A stretch of 64,000 nucleotides of DNA from Candidatus Latescibacterota bacterium (GCA_965204725.1 OZ242005.1:3808001-3872000); one strand, 5' to 3'. Numbered from the stretch's first letter, positions 48,378 to 59,422 are shown. Notes: generated from the sequence alone by a model not told the origin. Numbers and translations are program-made.

Positions 48378-50414
48378 ATGCGGTGGCTGGTGCTGGTCCT
48401 CGCCCTCAGCGGCCGGGTGGTCGCACAACCGCCCTCGGCTTGGGTCGTGGGCGCGAGCGGCGAGCCGTGGGCCGGGGCCGTAGAACGCTGGATCGCCCTA
48501 GACGACTCCGCGCGCACCGGATCGATTCAGCCGCGGGCCATTCCGCTGGGCCATTCCGTGACGCGCCAACTCGTGCGCACCGGCATTGCCACGACGCAGC
48601 GCAACCTGTTTGGCTATCGCTGGAGCTTGTACAAGGGGCCGCGCCAAATTGAGGCCGACACCTTAGAGGTCGGGTGGCATCCGCGCCTGTGGCTGGGGGG
48701 CGGCACCAATGCCAACGCCCCGGAGGTCATGCGCGGGCTCGTCGACGGCGATGTGCTCACCGCGAGCTTTACCCACCGGGCGCGGGCCGATGGCCGCCCC
48801 AACAGCGTACAGTTCATCACGCTGGACCTCGGCGTCCCCGTGCCGGTAGATAGCATCGTGTTCTTTCCGCCGCAGACCGGGCTGACCAGCGACAACCAGC
48901 GGCAGCGCGAGTTGTTCGCCCGCGCTTATGAGGTCAGCCGGACCAACGTGCCGGTCGAATGGCTGATCTTTGAGGACGAGACCGCATCGACCGGGTCGGC
49001 GGGGTATCACCCCCTCGACGAGGTTCTCGCCAGCACCTTTGCCAACAACACGAGCGTCGTCTCCCTCGCCACCGAGCTGCGCTTTACCCGCTTTCTCCGC
49101 TTCAAGTTCGGGGAAGTCTCCACCACTACCTTGCTCGCCGAAATCGAGGTCTTTGGCCGCGGCTACCCCCAAGAGGCCCGCTACCTCTCCGCGCCCCATT
49201 CTTTCGGCCAAGCCGTGAGCTTTGGGCGGGTCTGGTGGAAATTCACCCGCTATCGCCAATTGCCTTCCGGCGCGGTCACCGCCGACCCCACCGCCCCCGT
49301 CGCGCTAAACGTGCAGACCCGCGCTGGCTTCGACGCCGACCCGAAGACGTACTTCATTTTCGACGACCTCGGCCGGCTGGTGGAAGTCGATGAGAAGACC
49401 TATTTCGCCGCGCCGCGCGTGGTAGAACGGTTTTCCGAGGGGATCGCCGGCTTCCGGGCCAAGCGCGACGACGACGTGGAGAATTGGAACAACTGGTCGG
49501 TCGCCTACCAAGCGTCGGGCGACGAGATCCGCTCCTCGGACGGCGCCGAATTTCTCCAGTTTCGCTTTGTCATCACCACCGAAGACCCGCTGGCCTTTGG
49601 CGTCCTCGACAGCTTGGCTTTTGAGGTCTCGCCCCTGTTGGCCGACCGCGCCTTAGCGGAAATTGCCCTCGACGGACGCGCCGCAACCAACGGCGTTGTC
49701 GAGGTGCCCCTCGGAGTCGTCGAACGCTTTGCCTATCACATTCGCACGGTGGCCGGCCCAACCGAGCGCAGCGGCTTCGACGGCATCGAGTTGGAGGTTC
49801 CGCCAGCCGCGCGCTTCCTCGACCTAACCATCGACGACCAGCCGGCGACCGAGGGCGTGGATTTTTCCCTCGCCGCCCACGACGGGCGTTTGCGCTTCAC
49901 CTTTCCCGCCCCGTTCCGCCAAGACAAGGCGTTTCGCGTGCGCTTTCAAGGCGCGGTCTTTCAGCCGTCGGTCTTTTTGGCCAGCCGCCTTTTTAACACC
50001 TTGGCGGCGGGCTTGCCCCAGTCCGTTGAGGCCGGCGATGCCAACGCCGACGTGGGTAGCAACAGCATCCAAGTCGTCTCCAGCGATGCGGCGCTGGGCA
50101 TTCTCGGGGCGATTGAGTTGTCGGCCCCGGTGGTCACGCCCAACGGCGATGGGACCAACGAGCGGGTCGCGATTGAATTCGATTTGTTCGGCGTCGCCGG
50201 GGGCGCGTTGCGAGTAGAGGTGCGCGACTTGAGCGGCCAGCACCGCGCCGCGATCTTGGCCGCGCCGGCCACAGCCGGGCCGTACGCGCTGCGGTGGGAT
50301 GCGCGGGACGAGCACGGGCAACTCGTCCCCCCAGGGCTGTACCTAATCCGCGTTGAGGTCGAAGTGGATCGCGGCGCGTTCGCCCGCCTAGCCGCGCTCG
50401 GCGTCGCATACTAA
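48378..50414 (+). CDS. Secreted FlgD-tail protein (paralog 2)
   Basis: LDLGVPVPVDSIVFFP, LAEIEVFG.GY, WNNWS, TPNGDG, WDARD..G..VPPGLY; start at MRWLV. Confidence 0.75.
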   Translation: MRWLVLVLALSGRVVAQPPSAWVVGASGEPWAGAVERWIALDDSARTGSIQPRAIPLGHSVTRQLVRTGIATTQRNLFGYRWSLYKGPRQIEADTLEVGWHPRLWLGGGTNANAPEVMRGLVDGDVLTASFTHRARADGRPNSVQFITLDLGVPVPVDSIVFFPPQTGLTSDNQRQRELFARAYEVSRTNVPVEWLIFEDETASTGSAGYHPLDEVLASTFANNTSVVSLATELRFTRFLRFKFGEVSTTTLLAEIEVFGRGYPQEARYLSAPHSFGQAVSFGRVWWKFTRYRQLPSGAVTADPTAPVALNVQTRAGFDADPKTYFIFDDLGRLVEVDEKTYFAAPRVVERFSEGIAGFRAKRDDDVENWNNWSVAYQASGDEIRSSDGAEFLQFRFVITTEDPLAFGVLDSLAFEVSPLLADRALAEIALDGRAATNGVVEVPLGVVERFAYHIRTVAGPTERSGFDGIELEVPPAARFLDLTIDDQPATEGVDFSLAAHDGRLRFTFPAPFRQDKAFRVRFQGAVFQPSVFLASRLFNTLAAGLPQSVEAGDANADVGSNSIQVVSSDAALGILGAIELSAPVVTPNGDGTNERVAIEFDLFGVAGGALRVEVRDLSGQHRAAILAAPATAGPYALRWDARDEHGQLVPPGLYLIRVEVEVDRGAFARLAALGVAY

Positions 50415-50425
50415 ATGGAGGCTCC

Positions 50426-52783
50426 ATGAAAACACGACCGCTAGCGGTTGCTTTCCTCCTCCTCGCGGGCGCGGCGAGCGGCCAGAACCTGCGCTTTGCC
50501 GGGTCGGACTTTGCTTCTTGGGCCCATCCGCAGGGGCTGGTCGAGGTCTTGCCGCAAGGCATTGCGGTGAAGCGCTTTGGGAAGCGGTTCAACGCCGTGG
50601 CCAACGCCCGCGCGTTTTCCGCCCAAGCCATCGGCGAATACGGGCAGCGCTTTGCCCGCACACCGTCCAACCAGCAGCAGGCCGACTTAGCTGGCGACCA
50701 AGACCCCAATACTTGGTGGCAGCCGGATCCAACCACCCCGGTGCAGTCGTGGTGGTTAGAACTGGACTTGGGGCGCTCAGTCGTGGCCGACAAGGTGCGC
50801 GTCCGCTTTCCCAATCGCGCCGGGGCCAAGCCCTTTAATTTTTTCTCGGTGTACGTCAGCCCGGGCATTCCAGTATTCGGCGGCCGGGCCAAGCGCATCG
50901 TCTATCGGCGGCTGGGCCGGCCCATCAACAACAACACCGAGTCCTTGGTCGAGTTCGACCTCAAGACCACCGGCCTCGCCCCAGCCACCGGCGAGCATTT
51001 GAGCGCGAGCGAGGTCCTCAACTTCGACGTGGTGCGCTTCGTGCGCTTTGAAGCGGCTGGCGCGACGCCCGAGGCCGCGCTCGCCGAAATAGAGGTAGAT
51101 GGCATTGGCTTCAACCTCGCCTCCATGGTGCAAACCGAGGATCGCACCGAGCATTGGGGCGGCCGGACGTGGACATCCAAGCACCGCGACTGCGAGGGCT
51201 GCGGCAAGGGCAGCGGGGCCGAGGCCCTCATCGACCAAGACGTGGGATTTCGCGGCTGGAACATCGAGGGCTCAGACAAGGGCAACTGGCGCGATTCAGG
51301 CGTCTGGTCCGTAGTCGATTTCGGCAACGTCTTCCGCGTCGATCGCCTTATATGGCTGCCGATTGTGTCGGGCCGAGGCCCGTTCCTCTACGGCTTCCAG
51401 CGCGACAAGCAGGGCAGTTGGCCTAGCTTCGACTTCTTCGTCTCCGACGGCACCCCCAGCAACCGCGCCGATCCAGTCGTCGAAGGCCCCTTCCACTACG
51501 AATTGCTGTCCTCGGTCGCCAACGAAGGGCGCTATTTGTTCGACTTTGAGTTCGAGCCGCGCCCCCTGCGGCTGCTGTTGTGGCGCGTGACCCAGCCGCA
51601 GCAGTTCCACCGCGCCGCCCAACTGTTCGTCTTTCACAGCGAGGGCTATCCCGCGCAAATCGAGCTGGAGTCCGAGGATATTTTCCTCGGTGGCGCCCGC
51701 AGCCTGCGCTTCGTCGAATGGGACGCCGACCAGCCCCTCGGAACGCGCATTGAAGTGGAAACCCAAACCGGCAACGGCTTCCAGACCGTCCAGCGCTACT
51801 TCCTCGCCAACGGCAAAGAAGTGACCAAACGAGCCTACGAGTCGGCCAAGTCCCGCAACCGCGGCGACATCGTCGAGGAACAGGTCCGCGACGACACTTG
51901 GAGTGCGTATAGCCAGCCCCATCGGTTTTCGGGCCAAGCCTTTCTCTCGCCGTCGCCGCGGCAGTGGTTGCGGGCGCGGGTGCGGCTCATCAGCGACGAT
52001 CCAGCGGCCTTCCCCACCCTGCGCTCGCTCGTGTTTGTAGCCAATGCGCCGGTCATCACGGCGGGCCTGACCGGCCGCATCTTCCCCCGCGAAGCCGCCA
52101 TGGACTCTTTGCAGGTGTTTCGCTACACCATCGCGCCGGTCGCCTTCCGCCGCCAAGACCCCGGGTTCGACCGCGCCCTCATTCTGCTCCCGCCCGGCAG
52201 CGGCTCAGACGCCGCATTCATCAGCGCGTCCGTCGGAGGAGCGGAGGTTGCAGCCACCGGCTCGTTGCGGGGGGATTCGCTGAGGGTGGAACTGCCGCTG
52301 CCGCTGGTGCGGCGGGATTCGGTCGCCATCGCCTTTTCCGCTCGCCTGTCCCACAGCCCCACCGTCTTTAATGCGTTTGTCTTTAACTCGGCCGCCAGCG
52401 ACAACCTCCAAGGCGTGGTCCCCGCTGAGTTCGGCGCCGATTTGGTCTTTGTGCCCGAAGCGGTCGCCGGCGGCTCGTTGATCCGCAACGTCGAGCACAC
52501 TCGTGCAATAACCCCCAACGGCGACGGCGCAAACGACCAATGCGAACTGCAATTCACCGTCGTCAAGACCGAGCAAGCGCCGCAAGTACAGGTCTTTACC
52601 CTAGATGGCCGGCCCGTAGTCAAGCTGGCGAGCCAAGGCTCGCCCGGGCGGCGCGCCCGCTACGTCTGGGATGGCCGGCGCGCCGGCCGGCCGGTGCCAC
52701 CCGGCACTTATGTCCTGCGCGTTGCACTCACAGCCGATGCCCGCGTCGATCGCGTCTATCGGCTCGTGCATGTTGCTTATTGA
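50426..52783 (+). CDS. Secreted FlgD-tail protein (paralog 3)
   Basis: GGAGG RBS, signal peptide, LDLGRS, LAEIEVDG, WSAYS, TPNGDG, WDGR...PPGTY. Confidence 0.75.
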   Translation: MKTRPLAVAFLLLAGAASGQNLRFAGSDFASWAHPQGLVEVLPQGIAVKRFGKRFNAVANARAFSAQAIGEYGQRFARTPSNQQQADLAGDQDPNTWWQPDPTTPVQSWWLELDLGRSVVADKVRVRFPNRAGAKPFNFFSVYVSPGIPVFGGRAKRIVYRRLGRPINNNTESLVEFDLKTTGLAPATGEHLSASEVLNFDVVRFVRFEAAGATPEAALAEIEVDGIGFNLASMVQTEDRTEHWGGRTWTSKHRDCEGCGKGSGAEALIDQDVGFRGWNIEGSDKGNWRDSGVWSVVDFGNVFRVDRLIWLPIVSGRGPFLYGFQRDKQGSWPSFDFFVSDGTPSNRADPVVEGPFHYELLSSVANEGRYLFDFEFEPRPLRLLLWRVTQPQQFHRAAQLFVFHSEGYPAQIELESEDIFLGGARSLRFVEWDADQPLGTRIEVETQTGNGFQTVQRYFLANGKEVTKRAYESAKSRNRGDIVEEQVRDDTWSAYSQPHRFSGQAFLSPSPRQWLRARVRLISDDPAAFPTLRSLVFVANAPVITAGLTGRIFPREAAMDSLQVFRYTIAPVAFRRQDPGFDRALILLPPGSGSDAAFISASVGGAEVAATGSLRGDSLRVELPLPLVRRDSVAIAFSARLSHSPTVFNAFVFNSAASDNLQGVVPAEFGADLVFVPEAVAGGSLIRNVEHTRAITPNGDGANDQCELQFTVVKTEQAPQVQVFTLDGRPVVKLASQGSPGRRARYVWDGRRAGRPVPPGTYVLRVALTADARVDRVYRLVHVAY

Positions 52784-52796
52784 GAGGGAATGCCCT

Positions 52797-55442
52797 GTGA
52801 GACGCCGAATTTTCGCCTTACTAATGTGTCCACTCGCATGGATGACGCCGCAAGCGGCAAACGCCCAACGCACCACCGGGTACGACAACCCCTATTACAC
52901 CACGGGCACGGAAGTCTCTCCGGCGACGCTCGTGCCCTCGGTGCGCAAGTGGTACTTGCCGCAGCGGCTGTACGCGCTGTACGACTGGCGTCAAGAGCAA
53001 TACTCCAACTACGCCCGCAACTACTACGAGCGCTACACCGAAGTCTTCTTGGAAGGTTCGCCGTTTTACGACGTGTACGGCGATTACATCACCCAAGGCT
53101 GGCTGGTGTACGACTGGACCGAAGACTACCCAGAGGACAACGGCAGCATTATCACCAAAAATCCGCGCTTTCGGTCGTGGTTCAACAACCTGCTCGTATC
53201 GTCGAGCCATGCCGGGCAGTTCCACTCGGCCCTAATGGTCGGCGACGGCATTCGCACCACCCTGACGCCGCTGACGTTTTCCAAGCCGCGCTTCGACGGC
53301 ATTCAATGGGACCTTACGACCGACAAGTACGCCCTGACCATGCTGTCGTCGCGGGTCAGCAACACCGGAGAAATTTCCGCCAGTGAAGTTGGGGGGGGCG
53401 TCCAGGCCAATACCTTCACCACCCTGATGGCCGCTAGGGGGCGGGTGCAGGTCGGGGATTTTGCCGCCCTCGGCGCGACCTTTGTCAATGCGGCGCATCG
53501 CAACTCCAACCTGCCGTTTGGCGACAACTCGCTCAGCGGCCTGCTCAGCGGCCCGATGAACACCGACTTTGTGCGCTCCATCGTCGTGCGCATTTCCGAC
53601 GATTCGCCCGAAGACGGCGAGGGCGGCGCGCTGCTGTCGCGCTGGCGCGTTTTCGTCAACGGCGTCGAGCACACCAGAGACATCGTGCCCGTGGTGGAGG
53701 GCGGCATTCGCCGCGGCGGCGCGATTGTGGCCAGCGGCCCGGATGTCATCACCCTGACTTATAACATCGAAGACTTCTCCCCGAGCACGGACGACGCCAT
53801 CGACGATTTCCGCGAGATCGAGCGCATTGAGATCGGCCTCGTGCTCGCCAACGACTACAAGGTCGAAGTGACCTCCAACAAGCAGACCAACAACCTCGGT
53901 ACGCCCGTATTCCTGCCGGTGCTGCGCGCGGCCGGCAACGTCAAGGACGGCTCGAATCAGGCGTTTCATCGGTTCAGCTACGGCCTGCCGACCGGGACCC
54001 GCATGTTGGGCTTTGACCTCGCCATTGCCGACCTGCAAGGCTTTGACTTCCGGGGCGAGTTCGTCCGCAACTTTCAGTATCGCCGCTTTCCCAACGAGAA
54101 CATGGCCAAGGACCAGACGCTGGCGACCCACGAGGCCCAAGCCTTCTACGCGACCGCGCAGAAGCGCAGCTATCCCTACACGTTTTTCGCCGAGGTGTTC
54201 AGCATCGACGCGGAGTACTCCACCCGCGCCTTCATCCCCAACGCCGAGGGGCAGGTGTTTTACGACAACGAGCAACGGCACTTGTACGAATTCGTCGATG
54301 ACAACGACGATCAAGACGAGCTGCCAGACTGGACGCGGCGCACGTTTGGCAGCCGCGTCAACACGCGGCAGGGGCAGCAGTTGCTGACCGACGCTGCGGT
54401 GTTCCCGGGCATTGACGAGGACAACGACGACATTTCGGATTTCAACCGGAACTTCAACACCCAGCCCGACTACGAGGAGCCGTTTTTGCGCTTTGACGTG
54501 GACCCGCCGGAGTTTTTGTTCGGCATGGACATGAACAGCAACGGCGTCATCGACCGCTTTGAGGACGACGGGGAAGCCGATTACCCCTACAAGCGCGGTC
54601 GCCGCGGGTTCAATAGCTATGCAGCCGTCGAAATCCTGCCGAGCACGACCCTCATGCTCGGCTATCTCGACCAGCGGCTGCTAGAAACGGCCCGCGAAAA
54701 CCAAGCCGCGTACCTGCTGCTGACCGCGAAAAAGGAGTTTCCCGCCAAGGATTTCAGCGCGTGGCTGATTGCCAATCCGCGCAAGGTCCGCGACGACATT
54801 CCCGACGATGTGCTGTTGTGGCGCGATCTGCCCGGCACGCGGGGCCGCTCGGTTTTCACGCGCGACATTCTGCCGGCCCGCGACGCCTTCGTCAACACCA
54901 CGTACCTCGAACTACACTACGACCGCTACCTGCCCTTGACGGCCAAGGTCAAACACGAATTCTATCGGCAGTTGGGGAATCGGGAAGGCGAGTTGCGCGA
55001 CCAGCGTTTCTTGGGCATTGTCGCCAAAGGGGAGTACTCCACCCACATTCGCGGCTGGACTTTAGTGCCCAAGTGGAAACAGCTTTACAACAGCCGGGTG
55101 CCGGCCCAGCGCAGCGCGCTCAAAATCCGCGAACTAACGGAAATTTTTTCCCTGCAAGCCGTGCGTAGCATCAACCGAAACATGCGCTTCATCGTCGGGG
55201 CCGAGTGCGAGCTGTTCAACAACCTCCGCCCCGAGCCAGACCCCCTGCCCTCGGGCTACCTCCTCGACGGCACGACGTGGGTGCTCGCCGGCCAAGTCGC
55301 CAACGACTCCGCGTACTTGGGCTACGCCCTGACGACGAATATCGGGGCGCGCTGGATTCGCAACGACCTCGACGGGTCGCCAGCCTCGTCCGAGCTGCTC
55401 TCCTTCATCACGGTGTACGCGGGCTTGGGCACCGATCGCTAA
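52797..55442 (+). CDS. Large exported / putative outer-membrane protein
   Basis: GTG start after GAGAGGG, signal peptide, amphipathic beta-strand C-terminus, D-rich Ca-binding-like loops (DDNDDQD, DMNSNG). Confidence 0.65.
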   Translation: MRRRIFALLMCPLAWMTPQAANAQRTTGYDNPYYTTGTEVSPATLVPSVRKWYLPQRLYALYDWRQEQYSNYARNYYERYTEVFLEGSPFYDVYGDYITQGWLVYDWTEDYPEDNGSIITKNPRFRSWFNNLLVSSSHAGQFHSALMVGDGIRTTLTPLTFSKPRFDGIQWDLTTDKYALTMLSSRVSNTGEISASEVGGGVQANTFTTLMAARGRVQVGDFAALGATFVNAAHRNSNLPFGDNSLSGLLSGPMNTDFVRSIVVRISDDSPEDGEGGALLSRWRVFVNGVEHTRDIVPVVEGGIRRGGAIVASGPDVITLTYNIEDFSPSTDDAIDDFREIERIEIGLVLANDYKVEVTSNKQTNNLGTPVFLPVLRAAGNVKDGSNQAFHRFSYGLPTGTRMLGFDLAIADLQGFDFRGEFVRNFQYRRFPNENMAKDQTLATHEAQAFYATAQKRSYPYTFFAEVFSIDAEYSTRAFIPNAEGQVFYDNEQRHLYEFVDDNDDQDELPDWTRRTFGSRVNTRQGQQLLTDAAVFPGIDEDNDDISDFNRNFNTQPDYEEPFLRFDVDPPEFLFGMDMNSNGVIDRFEDDGEADYPYKRGRRGFNSYAAVEILPSTTLMLGYLDQRLLETARENQAAYLLLTAKKEFPAKDFSAWLIANPRKVRDDIPDDVLLWRDLPGTRGRSVFTRDILPARDAFVNTTYLELHYDRYLPLTAKVKHEFYRQLGNREGELRDQRFLGIVAKGEYSTHIRGWTLVPKWKQLYNSRVPAQRSALKIRELTEIFSLQAVRSINRNMRFIVGAECELFNNLRPEPDPLPSGYLLDGTTWVLAGQVANDSAYLGYALTTNIGARWIRNDLDGSPASSELLSFITVYAGLGTDR

Positions 55443-55757
55443 TATAGCCGTCCTAAGTGGATTGCTATAGAACCCAGCCAAAAGAGTGCATAGCGAGTTT
55501 TTTTCGTGAAGCTATCTGATAAATACCCGAATCGGTGAAAATCGCCTTTCGCCCTCCTCCGATGCGTTCTTGACACGCCTCCTCTTTGGCGTTCTCTTAT
55601 GCTTGTAGCTCTGAAGCGGAGCGCACTGTTCCGCCCGTCGGACGGACCGGAAGATGAGAAACTACCCCCCATTGGCGATGCCGTTGCCGCTGGCCCAACC
55701 CGCCGCGCCGACCCCCTCGTACTACCAGTGCCAAGATTTTACTTTCAATAAATGCTG

Positions 55758-55793
55758 TAAGTCTTTGAAAAACAGGCAGTTATCCCCCCCCCC
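55758..55793. repeat. Imperfect palindrome plus poly-C tract (copy 2)
   Basis: TAAGTCTTTGAAAAACAGGCAGTTA then T and C10; 20/25 identical to 17543-17567. Confidence 0.55.
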
Positions 55794-56573
55794 TTTTCCG
55801 TTAGACTACGATCTTTTAGCACTACTCAAAGGCTGGATGATCGCTTCGCTGATGCGCGGCGATTGGGCAAAACGACCGTCCCTCGGGGCCGGACCGCCGA
55901 AATCGCAGGGGCCGTGGGGTGATTGAAAAGAGCGGTAAGCTGCTGTTGGTCGTTGCCAGTTTGGCCGTTAGTGCGCTCGTGGTTGAAGTCTCTTTTTGGC
56001 TCCTCGCTCAGGCCGAGCCGATCTATCCCATGATCGATTACTATACGGACGAGCCAAGCCTTCGTTTGATGTGCTACGACGACCACTTTGCGGGTACGCC
56101 CGACTGGGATCTACGGCGGGCACACCCGTTTGGGGAGTTGACCCATTGGTATAATGCCAACAGAGATCCCGCCCTCGCCAATCTATCGCCGCGCAAAGTG
56201 CCCAATGCCATTGAGGTACGCTACAACGAAACCAGAATGCGCGAGCGGCCTATGGCTGCGTTCGATGCGGGGCGGGACAAAATCGTCGTGTTGGTTGGCG
56301 ACTCCTTCTGCTTTGGTCAAGGGGTGCGGGTGGTGGATCGCTTTTCAAATGTCTTGGAGACCCGCTTAAATCGGGAGTACCCCGCCGAACGCTATCGCAT
56401 CTTCAATGCCTGTAGGCGGGGCAGGAATATCGAGCGGATCGCCGAGTTCATGGAGCATTATGTCGAGTACTTTGCTCGGGTTGATCGCGTCGTGTATTCG
56501 TTTGTCCTAAACGATCCAATAAGAAGAGGGCGTCTGGAGGAGTGGAGAAAAGAATTGTTGGAAGGTGAATTTA

Positions 56574-57502
56574 GAGGCTGTCTGAAAACTCCATTTTCTA
56601 TTTGATTCTTTTGAGTAACAGGTGGATCATAGCAATCTGGATCAAGGCTTCGCTATGGCGGGTCAACACCTCATAATCTCGGGCATGACGGCGCGAGTTC
56701 ATCACCCATGCCAAGGTACGCTCGACGACCCAACGGCGTTTGAGTACGGTAAATCCGGGGCCTTGTTTGGCGACGACTTCCAAGTCAATCTTGTGCGTCT
56801 TTTTTAGGTTGGCCACCCATGTTCGGATCGCCTCGCCTCGATAGCCGCCATCGCCCCACAGTTTGCGTAACCGGGCTACGCCGGACGTCCCCAAGCGGGT
56901 CAACACCTGCTGCAAGCCGTCTCGATCGGATACATCGGCGGCGGTGACCACCACCTGTCGAAGCAAGCCTGAGGCGTCGACCAGCAGATGCCGTTTTCGG
57001 CCTTGAACCTTCTTGCCCGCGTCGTAACCGGTTGTTTTACCATGGGTTGCCGTTTTGATGGTCTGACTATCGATACAGCCCGCCGAGGGCGTGGCCGGCC
57101 GGCCGTTGCGGCGGCGTTCCTGCTGGGTGAGCCGTTCCAACACCCGCGGCCAGACCCCGTGCCGGCTCCAGCGACGGAAGTAATCATACACCGTTTTCCA
57201 CGGGCCAAAACAAGCCGGTAACAACGCCCAAGGACACCCCGTCTTGTTCAGATACAAAAGCCCGTTGACGATCGGACGCCGATCCCGCGGCGGCCGACCC
57301 GGACCGTTGGGGCGCCACCGCGGAGCCGGCAGCAACGGTTCGATCTGCTGCCATTGCACATCGGTTACATCGGTTGCATATTGGCCACTGGGCGTACTCA
57401 TCATACGAGCCTTTCTGTTCAGATTTTGTGGTGAAACCTGAATATGGCCTGATGAGTACGCCGATTCAAATACGACTACATAATGGGTTTTCAGACAGCC
57501 TC
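56574..57502 (-). mobile_element. IS5-family element (IS1031-like)
   Basis: IRs GAGGCTGTCTGAAAAC / GTTTTCAGACAGCCTC; 3-bp TTA target duplication. Confidence 0.93.
56598..57404 (-). CDS. IS5-family transposase
   Basis: Y.TDVTD.QW, TGCPW, IDSQT, GRKRHLLVD, DGGY, RWVVERT. Confidence 0.93.
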   Translation of the reverse strand: MMSTPSGQYATDVTDVQWQQIEPLLPAPRWRPNGPGRPPRDRRPIVNGLLYLNKTGCPWALLPACFGPWKTVYDYFRRWSRHGVWPRVLERLTQQERRRNGRPATPSAGCIDSQTIKTATHGKTTGYDAGKKVQGRKRHLLVDASGLLRQVVVTAADVSDRDGLQQVLTRLGTSGVARLRKLWGDGGYRGEAIRTWVANLKKTHKIDLEVVAKQGPGFTVLKRRWVVERTLAWVMNSRRHARDYEVLTRHSEALIQIAMIHLLLKRIK

Positions 57503-57997
57503 TTAACGATTTTATGCACTCGGGGTCTCGGTCCAAGGCAGACTCCGCCCGATTTTTGGCGGGACGGAACAGCTATACCGTGCGTTGGTTTGCCCGGCGC
57601 TTGCAGCGGCGGCAGATCGCCGGCGATACCGTTGAATGGTATCGACAACTCTACACCAACAACCCCCAGTGGCCCCAGACCCAGCAGTTGCTCCGCCGGA
57701 TGAAGAAGTATTGCTCGGCGAAGGGGATTGCCTTCTCTTTAGTCGTCTGGCCTATATTCTACCAACTGGACGCTTATCCCCTAACAGAGGTACACGAAAT
57801 CATTGAGGCTGTGGCGCGGCAAGAGGGGATCCACCACGTGGACTTGCTCCCGCTATTCGCTGGCAAGGACGCCCGGGACTATTGGGTTCACCCGACGGAT
57901 TTTCATCCCAACAGTCGGGCACACGCCGAGGCAGCGGCTTTTCTGTACGACGCCATTCCTTGGTAGTACGGCGTCTAAAGGGGCGAGTTCGCGAAAC

Positions 57998-58028
57998 GGG
58001 GCCTCACTTTTGAGAGAGGTCCCCTTTT
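57998..58028. terminator. Putative terminator between convergent genes
   Basis: GGGGCCTC...GAGGTCCCC followed by TTTT. Confidence 0.5.
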
Positions 58029-58063
58029 GCTACTCTATAAGCAACTGCTTTAGCGGTCAGAGT

Positions 58064-59422
58064 TCACTCAAACGCTTTCTCTAACGCCGCTGGAAACACG
58101 TGTATTTGGCTTCCATACTCTTTTCGCAACTCGGCCAATAGCGCGTCCATGGCCTCGGTTTCGGCCCGTTGCCGCAGGGCCGCGCGAATGCTCTCCCGCA
58201 CCAAAGCAAAATCCGCTACCCGGCCATCGGCGCGGGTAAACGCATCGAGGTGCTGGTCGTAAAAGGCTCGCACCGCTTCGTCGCCGATTTCCCCGACCTG
58301 CTCGGCCTCGGCTTGGTAGAGCCGCTTGACCAACAGCGCGTCTCGTTCCCGTGCGACGCTGGCGCGGATAGCCGCATCGTCGGCGATCCCCAATTTGCGA
58401 GCTTCCGCCACCATGATCTGCTTGCCAGCGAGGTTATCGACCGCCTTGTACAGGCGCGCGCTGTCGAGTTCGGCCGGGTGCGGTGCGCGGCCCTGCTCGA
58501 CTAAGGAGAGGTACTCCTGCGCGATGAGCTGGCCGCCGCGCCATGTGAGCAGCGGCGCGTCCCCTCCACCCCACTGCGTCGATTGCGGCGCGATGGCGCG
58601 CAACGCGGCAAAAACCTCCGCGTCCAGTGCCAACTGATACCGCTGGCGCAGGGTGCCGACGTAGTGCTCCATATCGTCGGCCCGGCTCTGGACGAGGGCC
58701 TTTTTCTCGACCCACTCGCGGACCGCGGCAAAATTGACGGGACGCCGTTCCCCAAGCCTGAAGACGTGATAGCCACTCTCGGTCTGCACGGGATCGGGAT
58801 ACACGCTGCCAATGGGCATGGTCGCCAGAGGCACCTTTAGCCCCTCGTACACCTCGCCGATCTTGAACCAGCCGACCCAACCGCCGGGGCCGAAGCGCTG
58901 CTGGATGTTCGGGAGCGAATAGGGCCGGATCAGGGACTCAAAAGGCGTCCCTTCCCCAAGCAGCTCGAGGACGAGCCGGGCCTCTTCTGCGGTGGCGCAA
59001 ACGATGTGCTGGCTGCGCACTTCCACGTCGTATTGCCGTTGGGCAAAAAACGCCCGCAACTCGGCGTCTGAAAACGAATACGACTCCTGCACAGCCTCTT
59101 GCTCGTAGAGCTTTTTCATCAACGCCTTGCGCTCGCTCTTGGCCACGGCTTGAGCGATAGCCGCATCGCGGTCGTACCCGCGCCGCAGGGCCTCGGCAAT
59201 GAGCAATTCCCGCGCAATGACGCCGTCGAGTAGCTCCTGCTTGCCTTGGCTGTTTAGCTCCTCGACGTGGCTATAGCCGGTCTCCCGCAGCTTGCGCGCT
59301 GTGTGCTCAAACTCCTCGACTGATACGCGCTTATCGCCGACGCGCACGACCGTCTCGGCCGCGCTCCGGGCCGCGCTGCCCAAGACGAGGAGCACGAAGA
59401 TGCCAACGAGCGAGTGTTTCAT
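58064..59422 (-). CDS. PpiC/parvulin-type peptidyl-prolyl isomerase (SurA/PrsA-like)
   Basis: Signal peptide, VRSQHIV, GGWVGWF, PVQTESGYHVF; start at MKHSL. Confidence 0.8.
   Translation of the reverse strand: MKHSLVGIFVLLVLGSAARSAAETVVRVGDKRVSVEEFEHTARKLRETGYSHVEELNSQGKQELLDGVIARELLIAEALRRGYDRDAAIAQAVAKSERKALMKKLYEQEAVQESYSFSDAELRAFFAQRQYDVEVRSQHIVCATAEEARLVLELLGEGTPFESLIRPYSLPNIQQRFGPGGWVGWFKIGEVYEGLKVPLATMPIGSVYPDPVQTESGYHVFRLGERRPVNFAAVREWVEKKALVQSRADDMEHYVGTLRQRYQLALDAEVFAALRAIAPQSTQWGGGDAPLLTWRGGQLIAQEYLSLVEQGRAPHPAELDSARLYKAVDNLAGKQIMVAEARKLGIADDAAIRASVARERDALLVKRLYQAEAEQVGEIGDEAVRAFYDQHLDAFTRADGRVADFALVRESIRAALRQRAETEAMDALLAELRKEYGSQIHVFPAALEKAFE

Larger units (their letters stand above)
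55919..57966 (+). pseudogene. SGNH/GDSL hydrolase interrupted by IS5
   Basis: GDSF (N-part) and DFHPN (C-part); removing the IS and one TTA restores EGEFNDFMHSG in frame. Confidence 0.88.
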
